A stretch of DNA of 64,000 bases from Marsupella aquatica (lineage: Eukaryota > Plantae > Marchantiophyta): assembly GCA_973895155.1 (NCBI GenBank), contig OZ316896.1, positions 11,274,795 through 11,338,794 on the forward strand, read 5' to 3'. The number at the start of each line of letters is the position of its first letter. Position 1 is the first letter of the stretch. The notes under the pieces were generated by a model. That model made no database searches and was not told the origin of the DNA. It worked only from the letters and a program-made list of their open reading frames with translations. Positions 1 to 11,049 of the stretch are shown piece by piece. The translations under genes were made by a program, and so were the position numbers.

Positions 1-541
1 TTTTTTAATTTCAATTTTACAGTGTCCATGCCTTCAAAATGTTGCACACGATTGGGGCTCCATATAGCCAGATTCCGAGCCTTCCAAAACACCCAACCTC
101 TCCACACTTTGACTCAATTGTTGTCCACCCGGCCCTTATGCTACCTGGCTCCCTGCCCTCCTGTCCTTGCTCCTCCCAAGAGGCCCAGCTCTCCTACCCG
201 TCCAGCTATTGTAGACTAGATTGCATGGATTATTTCCTACCAGTAACTAAAAAAGACCCGTAACAAGTAAACTAATTTTGGATTTTGTATTTGCTAGAAC
301 GGCCAGATATGGCCAAGATTTACTTTTTGAACTCTATATTAATCCCTATGACTGACTGAGGATATGACAACAAGGGCCAGAAGTTTGCAAAAATGCTCTA
401 TATATACTATCTGAATGTGATTGTACAAAGGTACAATGAGACTGGCAGTGAGCACTACAAGTAGCCTGTGGCACCTGTAGGGGCAACTGTGGTTTAAGAG
501 AATGTTTAGTTTAGGGTGACGCAAGACATGCAAAACAGGTT

Positions 542-711
542 GAGATATATACTTGATGGACCCCTAAATTGAAATGTCTTACTTGATAGACCCCATGAGC
601 TTTTGGGTACACTGATTTGAGGTCTATCCGGGGGCCTATCAATGGTTTGGATCACTCATGGGTCCATCAAATAACACTTTGCATTTTGAGGGTCCATTAA
701 GTATCTCTCTC
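542..711. mobile_element. Mutator-like MITE (hairpin-shaped), copy 1
   Basis: Inverted ends GAGATATATACTTGATGGACCC / GGGTCCATTAAGTATCTCTCTC; 10-bp direct repeat AAAACAGGTT at 532-541 and 712-721; related copies at 13531-13689 and ~47297-47450. Confidence 0.75.
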
Positions 712-837
712 AAAACAGGTTGGGAGATAGTGCAGCAACTCACATCAAAATTCCCCCCCTCCATAGGTGTGAAAAAAACTCTGCAATGTATACAAAAGGA
801 TGACATGTATCATTATCCTAAAATGTGTAGCCTAATA

Positions 838-1133
838 GCTCAGGATTGGGGGGGGGGGGTCAACTACCAAAAACTGTATGAACCACATGAGATCCAGAGT
901 AAATATTTTTCAATTTAAAGTAGCTGAATTTATAAAAAGGGTAGGAGGTCAAAGAAGGCATTATAAACTCAAAGTAAGCTAATATTCTCTAATATATACC
1001 CTTTTTAATGTAAAACAGGTCATTAATATTGAAAATAGAGAATATTCTCAGTATATTTCTTTTAGGAAATAGGAGTATATACTAGCCTAGGATTGCACGT
1101 GGTATCCAAAAATATACACTAAGTTAACCCCCC
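838..1133. mobile_element. Non-autonomous DNA element (MITE) with G-rich ends
   Basis: GGGGGGTCAACT ... AGTTAACCCCCC inverted ends; TAGCCTAATA repeated at 828-837 and 1134-1143; reverse-complement relative at 63480-63750. Confidence 0.6.
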
Positions 1134-1377
1134 TAGCCTAATAATTGAATGGCTTACTTTGTATCCAAATGGTTAGGTGCCTAATTTCACTAAGGACCTC
1201 CAGACCTGGCTTTTGCTCCTTTTAACATATCAGATGAAAAATACTTTTAAGGATGGTTCTCCCTGATAGGTTAAAATAGTGGTCACGGCAAGGGATTGAG
1301 AGAAAGGGGAAAGCAAAGGACAATCATTGGAGAGAAAAGTGGGGGCAAGGGAAGGGATAGTTGGGCTAGGTGCAAGG

Positions 1378-1721
1378 TGTTAGTATTTACTCTTAGGTCT
1401 AGAGTTGCGACTGTACCATAGTTAAGGCTAACCTTAGTGGTAGACTTGGTTAGGTTAGTCATGTTGTGCACACTCTATAACCAAGCAGTGTTTGCTTGGA
1501 GAGTGGAACTCAGACTCATTGTTACAGAGCTAGTTGAGAGATAGAGAGAGCTTGTGCTGTGGATGCTTGGTATGGCCGGTCAGCCTAGAGTGCAGTAAAG
1601 CTCATGTGTATTCCAGTGAACGTAGCCTCAAGAGGAGGTGAACCACGTATCTCTCTGTGTCGACTCTTGTGCGTTGGATGGTTCATGGACTTGCCGTTGC
1701 GATTGTCGTCTATGCTCAACA
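1378..1721 (+). mobile_element. Solo LTR, same family as the adjacent copia element
   Basis: TGTT...AACA ends; 5-bp TSD CAAGG at 1373-1377 and 1722-1726; 3' half closely matches the reverse complement of 2044-2230. Confidence 0.9.
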
Positions 1722-2043
1722 CAAGGGGGGGTGCTTTTGGGAATGAGGCAATTACTGTAGAAGTAAGTGACTACTGGCTCAATATTTATGTGGGTTGTGG
1801 TAGAAAGTTTCCTTGCTTCAATCTCCAACACGCTCTCTCTATCTCTTCATAGTTTCTGGTAGTAGGCCAGACTATTTTGTTAGCTCCCAAAAGTTTATCT
1901 AACTTTACTTCATTGTCATCTCACTCAATTAGACATTATTGTGTTCAACAGCAGCACCTGGGACTTTAGGCCTTTGCTCATTGTCCTCCCTGTGAGGTGA
2001 AATCCACCAAGCAAATGTGTTGGGTTCCCAATCATTGGGCCAC

Positions 2044-2500
2044 TGTTGAGCATAGACGACGATCGCAACGGCAAGCCCATGAACCATCCAACGCACAATA
2101 GTCGACACAAGAGATACGTGGTTCACCTCCTTGAGGCTACGTCCACGGGAACACACAAGAGAGCTTTACTGAACTCTAAGCCCGTCGGCTATACCGAGTC
2201 TCCATAGTGTAAGCTCTCCCTATCTCTCAAGTGGCTCCATAACAATGAGCCTTGGTTCTTCCTCTCCAAGCACACATGCCTCTTATGATATAGTGTGCAA
2301 CTTAGTTGTACCTAACCACATAGTTGTACCTAATCACGTAGTTGTACCTAACCACATAGTTGTACCTAATCACGTAGTTGTACCTGACCACATAGTTGTA
2401 CCTAATCACGTAGTTGTACCTAACCACGTAGTTGTACCAACCCACGTTGTTGTACCAACCACGTCATACCTAACCTAGACGTAAGAGTAAATACCCAACA
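2044..2500 (-). repeat. 3' LTR (457 bp) containing nine 18-bp units
   Basis: Near-identical to 7417-7801 apart from ~5 substitutions and four extra TAGTTGTACCTAAYCACR units. Confidence 0.97.
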
Positions 2501-2516
2501 ATCTTCCCCTTGACTC
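2501..2516 (-). other. Polypurine tract
   Basis: GAGTCAAGGGGAAGAT on the minus strand immediately before the 3' LTR. Confidence 0.85.
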
Positions 2517-2691
2517 TGGTCTAGGGGAGAGTAATACTGCCAATGTATATGATCCCTCAGCGGGAAGTTCTGGACAGAAACCAAACCGGTTTCCCTCTCT
2601 AACTAGAGCAAACCAGAACTAAGCCGTAGCCTAATACATAGGAATGAGGAAGAGCATATATCAGTAATTACAATGAATGTTTAAGAAAACT

Positions 2692-5600
2692 CTACTTGTG
2701 ATGCAATTGCAAAACCTGCAATACGTCACGGTGTCTAGAGAAACTCTCCAAAGGAATCACTTTGGTAAATGCGTCAGCCGGGTTGAGTTTACCATCAATC
2801 TTGACTAGCTCAAACAAATTATCAGACACAGCCTGCCTGATAAAATGGTACCTGACGTCAATGTGCTTCACTCTACTGTCCATCACCTGGTTCACAGCAA
2901 GGTGGAGCGCACTTTGACTATCACAATGGAGCTTCACATTCCCCTGTGGCAATCCCATTTCAGTGATAAGTCTATCCAACCAAATCGCTTCCTTTGCTGC
3001 TTCCGCAGCTGCAACATACTCCGCTTCTGTAGTAGACTGAGCAATACACTTCTGCAAAGTAGACCTCCAACTTATGCATCCACCGCCAAGTGTGAACACG
3101 TATCCTGTTGTTGATCTCCTTCGGTCCAAATCTTGTCCATAGTCAGAATCTACATAGCCAATCAATGATCTAGCATTCTTTGCATTCGCATCAAATAAAA
3201 GACCATGATCCACGGTACCCTTCAAGTACCTGATAATCCACTTCACTGCTTCCCAGTGTACCTTCCCTGGATTCGACATGTACCTGCTCACCTTGCCCAT
3301 AGCCATGGCAAGATCAGGTCTAGTGCAAGTCATCAAATACATGAGACTCCCCACTGCCTTGTCATATGGAACCTTTGACATCAACCCCTTCTCTGTGTCA
3401 TCCGTAGGACAGAACGCTGATGATAACTTGAAGTGTGGAGCCAACGGGGTACTTACTGGCTTGCTATTCTCCATGTTGAACCTTGCAATTACCTTCCTCG
3501 CATAACTGCTCTGCGTCAACCATAGCTTGCCAGCCTCCAAGTCCCTAGTGATCTCCATACCCAAAATCCTCTTAGCTGGCCCTAAGTCCTTCATCTTAAA
3601 CTCTGCACTAAGCAGTGCCTTGAGCTTAACAATCTCAGACCTATCCTTGGCTGCAATTAGCATGTCATCCACATAAAGTACTAAAACAATGAACCCAAAA
3701 ACAACATTCTTCACCGGTTTCAAATACACACAAGGGTCAAATACACTTCTGTGAAAACCTTGTGACCGAATCCAATCGTCAAACCGCTTGTTCCACTGTC
3801 TTGGTGACTGCTTCAACCCATACAAGGATTTCAGCAATCTGCAAACCAATTCCTCCTGTCCTCTCTTCACAAAACCTAGCGGTTGTCTCATGAAGATCAC
3901 CTCTTCCAATGTGCCATAGAGGAAAGCTGTGACAACATCCATCTGATCTAGGAGCAGACCAAACATTACAACAAGTACACACAATAGTCGTATTGTAGAG
4001 TACTTAGCAACTGGTGAGAAGACCTCATTGTAATCCACACCTTTCTCTTGTGTGAATCCCTTTGCTACCAATCTAGCCTTGTAGACCTTCGATCCACCTC
4101 CTATGGAATTATCCTTCAGCTTGTAAATCCACTTGCTGTCCACCACTTGCTGACCCTTAGGCAGCTTAACAAGCTCCCAAGTTTTGTTGTCCTTTAGTGA
4201 CTGCATCTCCGTTTGCATTGCTGCAGTCCACTTCTGCTTCTCTTTTGAAGCACTTGCCTCATGAAATGAAGAAGGTTCTCCTTCTTCCAAAATTAACGCA
4301 TCACCCTCATCATCAGCTGTAAAATCATCCTCTTGCAGTTGAGATGAATCAACCCACTGTCCATACCTTGATGGAGCGCGTACAGTGCGACCAGATGTTC
4401 TTCTAGCCGATGACTCCGGTTGATCTGCGTGTGCTGGTACAATTTGAAGCTCAATAGCATCCACTTGTTGCTCACCAGCATCAACAAACTCCTCTGGTTC
4501 CTCTGGCACAGGAACCAGCTCCATAATTGGAGCAACTCCTTCTCTCCGGTCATGCACCTCATAACCAATCTCCCCCTCAACGAGATCCGGGATAGGAGAT
4601 TTTCCTTTGTCAGTACGGGAGACCTGAGTATTCTCCCCCTCCTTCAATAATCTCGATTCATTGAAGGAAACATCCCTACTGACAACGAGCTTACAGGCAA
4701 TAGGATCCCATAGCCTATAGGCTTTCACACCACTCTGGTACCCAAGAAAAACACATTTCCTGGAGGTAGGATCCAACTTGGTCCTATTCTGCTTTGGTGT
4801 GAGAGCATATGCATCACTTCCAAAAATTACCAAGCCATGATAGTCTGCTTGCCGCTTATAGCGCATCTCAAACGGCGTTTTGAAATTGATAGCACTAGAA
4901 GGAGAAAGATTTACCAAATAAGCTGCGGTATTGACAGCTTCTGCCCAAAATTCTTGTGGTAAACCTGATTGGCTCAACATACTCCGTGACCGCTCCAACA
5001 GTGTCTGATTGAGCCTCTCAGCGACACCATTCTGCTGCGGAGTATAAACTGTGGTGAGATGGCGAGTTATCCCCTGTTCTGAACAGTACTCTTCAAATTC
5101 CATTGAAGTGTACTCCCCGCCGTTGTCTGACCTCAGACTCTTCACCCTTGTATCCAAACACTTGATCGTGTTTCCAGTCTGATTCTCCACCTGGGCCTTC
5201 CACTTCTTAAAAATGGACAAGACATCAGACTTATGCGTCATGAAATAAATCCACACAAATGTTGAGTAATCATCAATAAATGATACATAGTACAACTTTC
5301 CAGAGTGTGAGGGAGTCGGGGATGGACCCCACACGTCACTATGTATGTACTCAAGAACCGCTTTGGAACGATGAGTTCCAATACCAAAAGCACGACGATG
5401 CTGCTTTCCAAGAATGCAATGCTCACAAAACTCTAATTTACAAGATTGCAAATCAGAAATGAGTCCATTCTTCCGTAAGATAGCCAAACCCTTCTCACTC
5501 ATGTGGCCTAGCCGTGAATGCCACAGTTGAGTCATCTCCTCGTGAGACTTGGTTACATTGGCCTCTCCACATACAGTATTGCCCTGTAACATATACAAAT

Positions 5601-5919
5601 TCTTTTGTCTACTCCCCTTCAAAATCACTGTCTCTCCCGACCTGACTTGAAGTTCACCATCAATAACGCTCCATTGATGACCATTTGAATCCAACACACC
5701 GAGTGAAATCAGATTCTTACGCATGCCAGGTACATACCTGACTCCGGACACTGTGCGCACAGCGCCATCAAACATTTGAATCTTCACAGACCCAATTCCC
5801 TCAATTTGACAGGAGTGATCATTTCCCATCAGAACTGAACCGTTTGAAACAGAGTAAGAACTGAAAAACTCACGAATGTAACAAATATGAAAAGAGCAAG
5901 CACAATCAAGAATCCACAC
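2692..5919 (-). CDS. Copia pol polyprotein (protease, integrase, RT, RNase H)
   Basis: WILDCACSFH protease; WHSRLGH..CEHC; HSDVWGP, SDNGGEY, PQQNGVAER integrase; KARLVAKGF, LYGLKQSPRQW, YVDDML RT; TTEAEY, KHIDVRYHF RNase H; open for 1075 codons. Confidence 0.97.
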   Translation of the reverse strand: MWILDCACSFHICYIREFFSSYSVSNGSVLMGNDHSCQIEGIGSVKIQMFDGAVRTVSGVRYVPGMRKNLISLGVLDSNGHQWSVIDGELQVRSGETVILKGSRQKNLYMLQGNTVCGEANVTKSHEEMTQLWHSRLGHMSEKGLAILRKNGLISDLQSCKLEFCEHCILGKQHRRAFGIGTHRSKAVLEYIHSDVWGPSPTPSHSGKLYYVSFIDDYSTFVWIYFMTHKSDVLSIFKKWKAQVENQTGNTIKCLDTRVKSLRSDNGGEYTSMEFEEYCSEQGITRHLTTVYTPQQNGVAERLNQTLLERSRSMLSQSGLPQEFWAEAVNTAAYLVNLSPSSAINFKTPFEMRYKRQADYHGLVIFGSDAYALTPKQNRTKLDPTSRKCVFLGYQSGVKAYRLWDPIACKLVVSRDVSFNESRLLKEGENTQVSRTDKGKSPIPDLVEGEIGYEVHDRREGVAPIMELVPVPEEPEEFVDAGEQQVDAIELQIVPAHADQPESSARRTSGRTVRAPSRYGQWVDSSQLQEDDFTADDEGDALILEEGEPSSFHEASASKEKQKWTAAMQTEMQSLKDNKTWELVKLPKGQQVVDSKWIYKLKDNSIGGGSKVYKARLVAKGFTQEKGVDYNEVFSPVAKYSTIRLLCVLVVMFGLLLDQMDVVTAFLYGTLEEVIFMRQPLGFVKRGQEELVCRLLKSLYGLKQSPRQWNKRFDDWIRSQGFHRSVFDPCVYLKPVKNVVFGFIVLVLYVDDMLIAAKDRSEIVKLKALLSAEFKMKDLGPAKRILGMEITRDLEAGKLWLTQSSYARKVIARFNMENSKPVSTPLAPHFKLSSAFCPTDDTEKGLMSKVPYDKAVGSLMYLMTCTRPDLAMAMGKVSRYMSNPGKVHWEAVKWIIRYLKGTVDHGLLFDANAKNARSLIGYVDSDYGQDLDRRRSTTGYVFTLGGGCISWRSTLQKCIAQSTTEAEYVAAAEAAKEAIWLDRLITEMGLPQGNVKLHCDSQSALHLAVNQVMDSRVKHIDVRYHFIRQAVSDNLFELVKIDGKLNPADAFTKVIPLESFSRHRDVLQVLQLHHK

Positions 5920-5964
5920 ATCATCTGCTCTCCTAGATGATGTGCACAGGGCATACCCCCAGCT

Positions 5965-7050
5965 TCATAAAACATACTCATCATTGAGTAAATCAGCTTC
6001 TCCATCAGCCCTAGCCACATTTGCCGATGAAGTTTCCGCTGCCTTTCCCTTACAGTCTCGCTTGAAGTGTCCAACTTGGTTGCACTTCCAACATGTCACC
6101 TACCTCCTCTGAGGGGATTTACCCTTGGACTTAGATCTGGATTTAGATCTAAACTGGGTTCTACGGTCCCCAGTTGGTCGCTGCATACTCCTCCCACGGT
6201 TAACATTGAGGGCAGCACCAGATGATGAAGGCTGTGACATGATGTGCATCTTCTGCTGAAGATCATCACTAAGCAGAGAACTTACCACGTCATTGTATGA
6301 AATGGTATCCCTATCACGATGCAACAACACTCGTGATAGGGACTGGTAAGATGGAGGCAATGAACTAAGAAGCTGCAGAGCCTTCGTCTCATCATTCAAA
6401 GTCTCCCCAAGGTTTTCCAAGTCAACGACCATGTCATTGAAAGCATCCACATGGTCTTGCAACTTCGTACCAGATTCCTTCATCCTGAAACTCATCAGTT
6501 TGTAGGAAGTGTAGAGCCGGTTCGACAACTCCTTGCGGTGATACTTGCTCTGCAATTCCGCAAACAAGGACATGCAATCCTTATGTGCACCCAACTGCTT
6601 GATGATGGGAGGCATGAGATAGAGTGTAACACACCACACTCCCTGCTCCTGCATGCGGTCCCATTGTTTCTCATCAACATCGTCTTCACGAGGGCTCAGC
6701 AGTTGGCCCATCCCTGACGCATAAAGCACTCCCTTCACCTGCTTCTCCCATAGCAAGTAGTCAGAGCGCCCATCATACTTTATCACTTCATACTTGGGTC
6801 CCCCAAGCTTGAAAGTCCCCATCTTCTTCTTTACCGTGAGCTCCGGTAGTAGTACTGCTTCCTCCACCACACGCCGCACCGGTGATGGTATCGGTGTCAC
6901 GTGCTCTTCCTCCTGCTCCTCTCTCTGCCCCTGAAACCTCCGCGGTGATCCTCGTGCTTCAAGTTCCACGTCTTCGAAAAACTCCTCCGAATCACTTGTC
7001 AACAACGAATGTTGATCAATTGCACTTGGTGCCGTCACCAAGTCCAACAA
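5965..7050 (-). pseudogene. Copia gag with in-frame TAG at 6100-6102; zinc knuckle lies past the stop
   Basis: KYDGRSDYLLW and LLSSLPPSY gag motifs; same frame continues after TAG as VTCWKCNQVGHFKRDC to a TGA at 5965-5967; true start uncertain. Confidence 0.88.
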
Positions 7051-7402
7051 GGTAATTGATTTTGCTTAGCCTTCCTCTTTGCATCAAAGAGCCAATCCCG
7101 GACTCAAAAACAATCGTCTTGCCTCAATCTCTCCATTGAGTCAAAACACTTGACGCTTCTCCCTCCGAGTCGATTGCCAACTTTCTTCACAAAATCCAGA
7201 ATGACGAAAACTTAGATCTCTCTGCACCACGAGCTCCGTTCAACGATTTCTTCACACCATTAGAAAGCTCTTGCCCTGATCTATCCGTTGAGCCCATAAA
7301 CTCCAAGTTCCATGCGATGGAACTCTGGAAAATCCACCAACACTCAACGCTGGAAAAACCGTCATGAAATCCCGTCACGAACACACGTCACCTCCCAAGC
7401 AT

Positions 7403-7414
7403 GCTCTGATACCA
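7403..7414 (-). other. Primer binding site (tRNA-iMet)
   Basis: TGGTATCAGAGC on the minus strand, 2 nt inside the 5' LTR. Confidence 0.95.
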
Positions 7415-7416
7415 AT

Positions 7417-7801
7417 TGTTGAGCATAGACGACGATCACAACGGCAAGCCCATGAACCATCCAACGCACAATAGTCGACACAAGAGATACGTGGTTCACC
7501 TCCTTGAGGCTACGTCCACGGGAACACACAAGAGAGCTTTACTGAACTCTAAGCCCGTCGGCTATACCGAGTCTCCACAGTGTAAGCTCTCCCTATCTCT
7601 CAAGTGGCTCCATAACAATGAGCCTTGGTTCTACCTCTCCAAGCACACATGCCTCTTATGATATAGTGTGCAACTTAGTTGTACCTAACCACATAGTTGT
7701 ACATAATCATGTAGTTGTACCTAACCACGTAGTTGTACCAACCCACGTTGTTGTACCAACCACGTCATACCTAACCTAGACGTAAGAGTAAATACCCAAC
7801 A
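7417..7801 (-). repeat. 5' LTR (385 bp) containing five 18-bp units
   Basis: TG...CA ends; matches 2044-2500. Confidence 0.97.
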
Positions 7802-10371
7802 GCCACCACATATTTTGATGGGTTCATGTTCATGTTTGTGGTGAGAAATCTTCACAAGGTTTTGTGGGGCAGCAGTGCTTGATTCTTTTCATGGGCCAAT
7901 TTTATCGATTGGTGGATTTATTACTTTAGTCATAAAGGGCATGCTTGTTCAGTGATTAAGGAGGGTTTTGATGTAGTTGAGACTCAATATACTGCTTGTG
8001 TTGCAGCACTTGGTACGGACAATAGCTTGGCAGATTGAGTTACAATGAACCTTTTCAATATATATTTTCAAAAGGTAAAAACCTAGATACAATGTGCAAA
8101 TCATATTTCTGACAAAGCTTGTGGGGATCCTAACTTGTAATTCATTCCAAAGCAAAAATAGGATGATTATTAATGCAATTCAGATAATATCTCTCTAGCT
8201 GGAAAATGATGATCCCATGGACAGAGCCAGTGAACCATGCCACCCCCATGGACCTTGACATCTTTTACACATTCATTCATTGACACCTTTCTACTTGCCT
8301 TATCATTTTCAACAGCAAAGTTTGATCTTCAATATGTCCCTTGATATCCATGATATTCAATGGCATAGGCTAGTCTTGGGGCTTGCTAGAAGCTGCTTTT
8401 AATAATTCTTTCTAACTACCATAATATCTCTCATTTTCATTTAGAACTGAGCAATTTCTGAATTTCTAAAAATTACTCCATCACTCACTATCCAAACTTT
8501 GCCCTCCTGAAAGTTTTTGAGCACCTAACTTTGACATTCAGTATCTCCCTATGGAATCTGTCTATTTTGTGTTTTATAGAAAGCGCTTGGAAAGATCTTT
8601 CCAATAAGTCTAATATAGTTAAATATCATTGAGAATTGAGAGATCTGCAAACTACCAAAACTGATGATTTCATTTTCTTGCCACATTTTACTCACTGGTG
8701 TAATATATATTCTTTTGAAATAAAAGAGCTTTTTGTTGCTGTCCATCCCAGTTGCAAAAGTTTATCCCAGCATTTTGGCAGGCGTGGAGGTCCATCTAGG
8801 CTTCAATTTTCTGGTGAAAAGTATTGCAGTCATGACCGGCTTCTTCAACCAATGGCCCATCATAACCCATCATAACCCATCATAACCAGCTTTTATCTCG
8901 CCCATCTTGTGGGTATAATTCTTCTACCAGTGGCCCAACGGCATGGAACTAGTGGGAAGCCAAACATAATGCAGACTATAGGATACGATGCCTTCCAAAA
9001 CTTGAGGAACCATTTCTAGTGTTGGAGTTGGTCCATCGATACAGGATGATTAGATCTATCTACACGACTGCTGACTGATCACTTCTTCACAGTCCTGAAT
9101 ATGCAACAGCAGTAAGTCGCACACCTTTGAGTGGGTTGCTACTCCAATCTGAAGTGAAGGGATTGAAAGTGTGCGTTCGATAACAGCAAAGATTGTTCAA
9201 TTGAAGTTTCAGATGTGGTCCAATCAATCTAGACGCAATCGCTCAGCATCGTTCTTTGCATCTGTCAACGACAGCGACACTCTACTTAGGATAATCGTTT
9301 TGCTAGTGCTTGTTGTACACATTAAAGAGCATACTGGTCAGAGTTTTCATACAAATATTCTCCCAATTAACATCAGGAAAGCTAAGTTTTCAAAATAGGG
9401 ACCAAATTCTGGTCTCCTTCTTGATCATCAGTCGTTTCGTATCCGTAAACTCTTTTATTCAGGGTTACTGAGGCCCTGTATTTAAGGTCTTGTGATCGAC
9501 CTACCATAGTGGTCGGGACCGAGCGTCTGTACAAGATGACAAACAGAATGCTAAAAAAATTGTGCTCGGCAGATGGGATATCTCACCTAGCAAGCCAGCC
9601 AAAAGAAATACCAAATTACACCAAACCCTGGGGGCATTGTGGTAGTAATCCATAAAAAGGAAACTCCCGTCAAATAATCTTGATGTTGTCTGCAAGAAAT
9701 TATTCACTAGTCTAGACTCTAATAGACAAGGTAATCGTCATCTACGATTGCTCGAGATTCTTTACTCGCAGCTTAGGTTGAGATCATTTAAATCCTCCAT
9801 AGTATGGGACACATGTCTGTTCAGTGCGACTTCAAAACCTGTCTAATCTGCCAGAGCGACCAGGCTTAGGTTCACTCCAGTTACATGTTGCCCAATGCCA
9901 CTCATCTAATTTGCAGTTCGAAATTGTATATCTTGACAGGTGCTGCTTCATTATATATTTGTAACGACGTGAAATGGACATTCAGTATAACAATCTTCAA
10001 GCATGTATCAAGTAGACTATTCAGACTACTTGTGCCTCCAACCACTTACAATAAAGCTAGACAACTGTCTAGTGAATCAAACAGTTCTCCCATCTTGAAT
10101 TGCATGCAAAAATGCAAGCTTTAACGCTGCTCAAAACCAAACTGGCCTCACAATAGGTGGCATTTACTGTCATGTCGCAATGCCATCCTCATTAAAAATC
10201 ACTCGTGGGCACCTTTCAAGACCCAAATAAATTACAAAACTTACCCGAAAGCTTTCGGAGTCATTATTTTACGGGTAAGGACTGTCACAATGTGCAGGAC
10301 ATAATGCTACAAGCATCAGAATCTATTGGAAATCAAAATATTTTGCCCTCTAGAATTGGTGCCTGGGACGC

Positions 10372-11049
10372 TCAAAGACTTGCTTCATCTACAATGGCAC
10401 CTTCTGTTAACTCAGGAGCTGCAACAGAGTCTTCAATTGGAACAACTGCCTCAACTGGAACTTCAGAAAATTTTGATATGTAGTAGCTCAATGGTGGGCC
10501 GTTGTAACCCACCGCCTCTGTAACTGAGACGGGAGCATTCTTGCCGACTGTGAGCAGAATGGAGGCGGCGCTAGCAACAGCCACCAAGGCAAATCCAAAA
10601 GCAACAGCCGCGGTATTGGATGTACCTTCAGCGGACGATCCTGCCTCTCCAGAGCTGATTACGCTATCAGCAACATAAACTGTGGGCTCAACTGCATATA
10701 TGTTTGTTTGCCCTGCTGTGTCCTTCTCAACATAACCTGTCCACTTCCTCCCAGTAGGAAAAGGAGCTGCTCCTGTATAGTTGTTGTTGTTACTGCTGCT
10801 GTTACTGTTGCTACTCTCTGGTTCCGAAGTCATGCTCGGCTTCTCAGCCTCCTCCGTGCTAACCTCCTCACCTGTAGCTCTCATTCGTAGACTAAATCTA
10901 CCTCTTGTTACCCTCTGCGGCCTGGAGCAGAGTACCACTGTCGTTCTGGAACTCGAAGTCCCGAAGGAAGAAGAACTGCAAGGAATTGAAGTGGCCTGGG
11001 CGACGACGATGGGCACTGCAGCCCGCATGCTTGACACACCGGAAGCCAT
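10372..11049 (-). CDS. MPH1: MAINTENANCE OF PSII UNDER HIGH LIGHT 1, thylakoid protein, intronless
   Basis: Ser/Arg-rich transit peptide from ATG at 11049; YVEKDTAGQTNIYAVEPTVYVA..ISSG.AGSSAEG, a TM helix and Y.GPPLSYYI.KF match recalled MPH1 family sequence. Confidence 0.88.
   Translation of the reverse strand: MASGVSSMRAAVPIVVAQATSIPCSSSSFGTSSSRTTVVLCSRPQRVTRGRFSLRMRATGEEVSTEEAEKPSMTSEPESSNSNSSSNNNNYTGAAPFPTGRKWTGYVEKDTAGQTNIYAVEPTVYVADSVISSGEAGSSAEGTSNTAAVAFGFALVAVASAASILLTVGKNAPVSVTEAVGYNGPPLSYYISKFSEVPVEAVVPIEDSVAAPELTEGAIVDEASL

Larger units (their letters stand above)
2044..7801 (-). mobile_element. Full-length Ty1/copia LTR retrotransposon
   Basis: LTRs at 7417-7801 (5') and 2044-2500 (3'); TSD GCCAC at 2039-2043 and 7802-7806; PBS; PPT; gag-PR-INT-RT-RH order. 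Confidence 0.98.

Noticed and set aside
2303-2464. CRISPR-like regular repeats
   Set aside because: Contiguous tandem units without spacers, inside an LTR in eukaryotic DNA
2245-2478. ORF with VVPNH repeats
   Set aside because: Translation of the 18-bp LTR minisatellite
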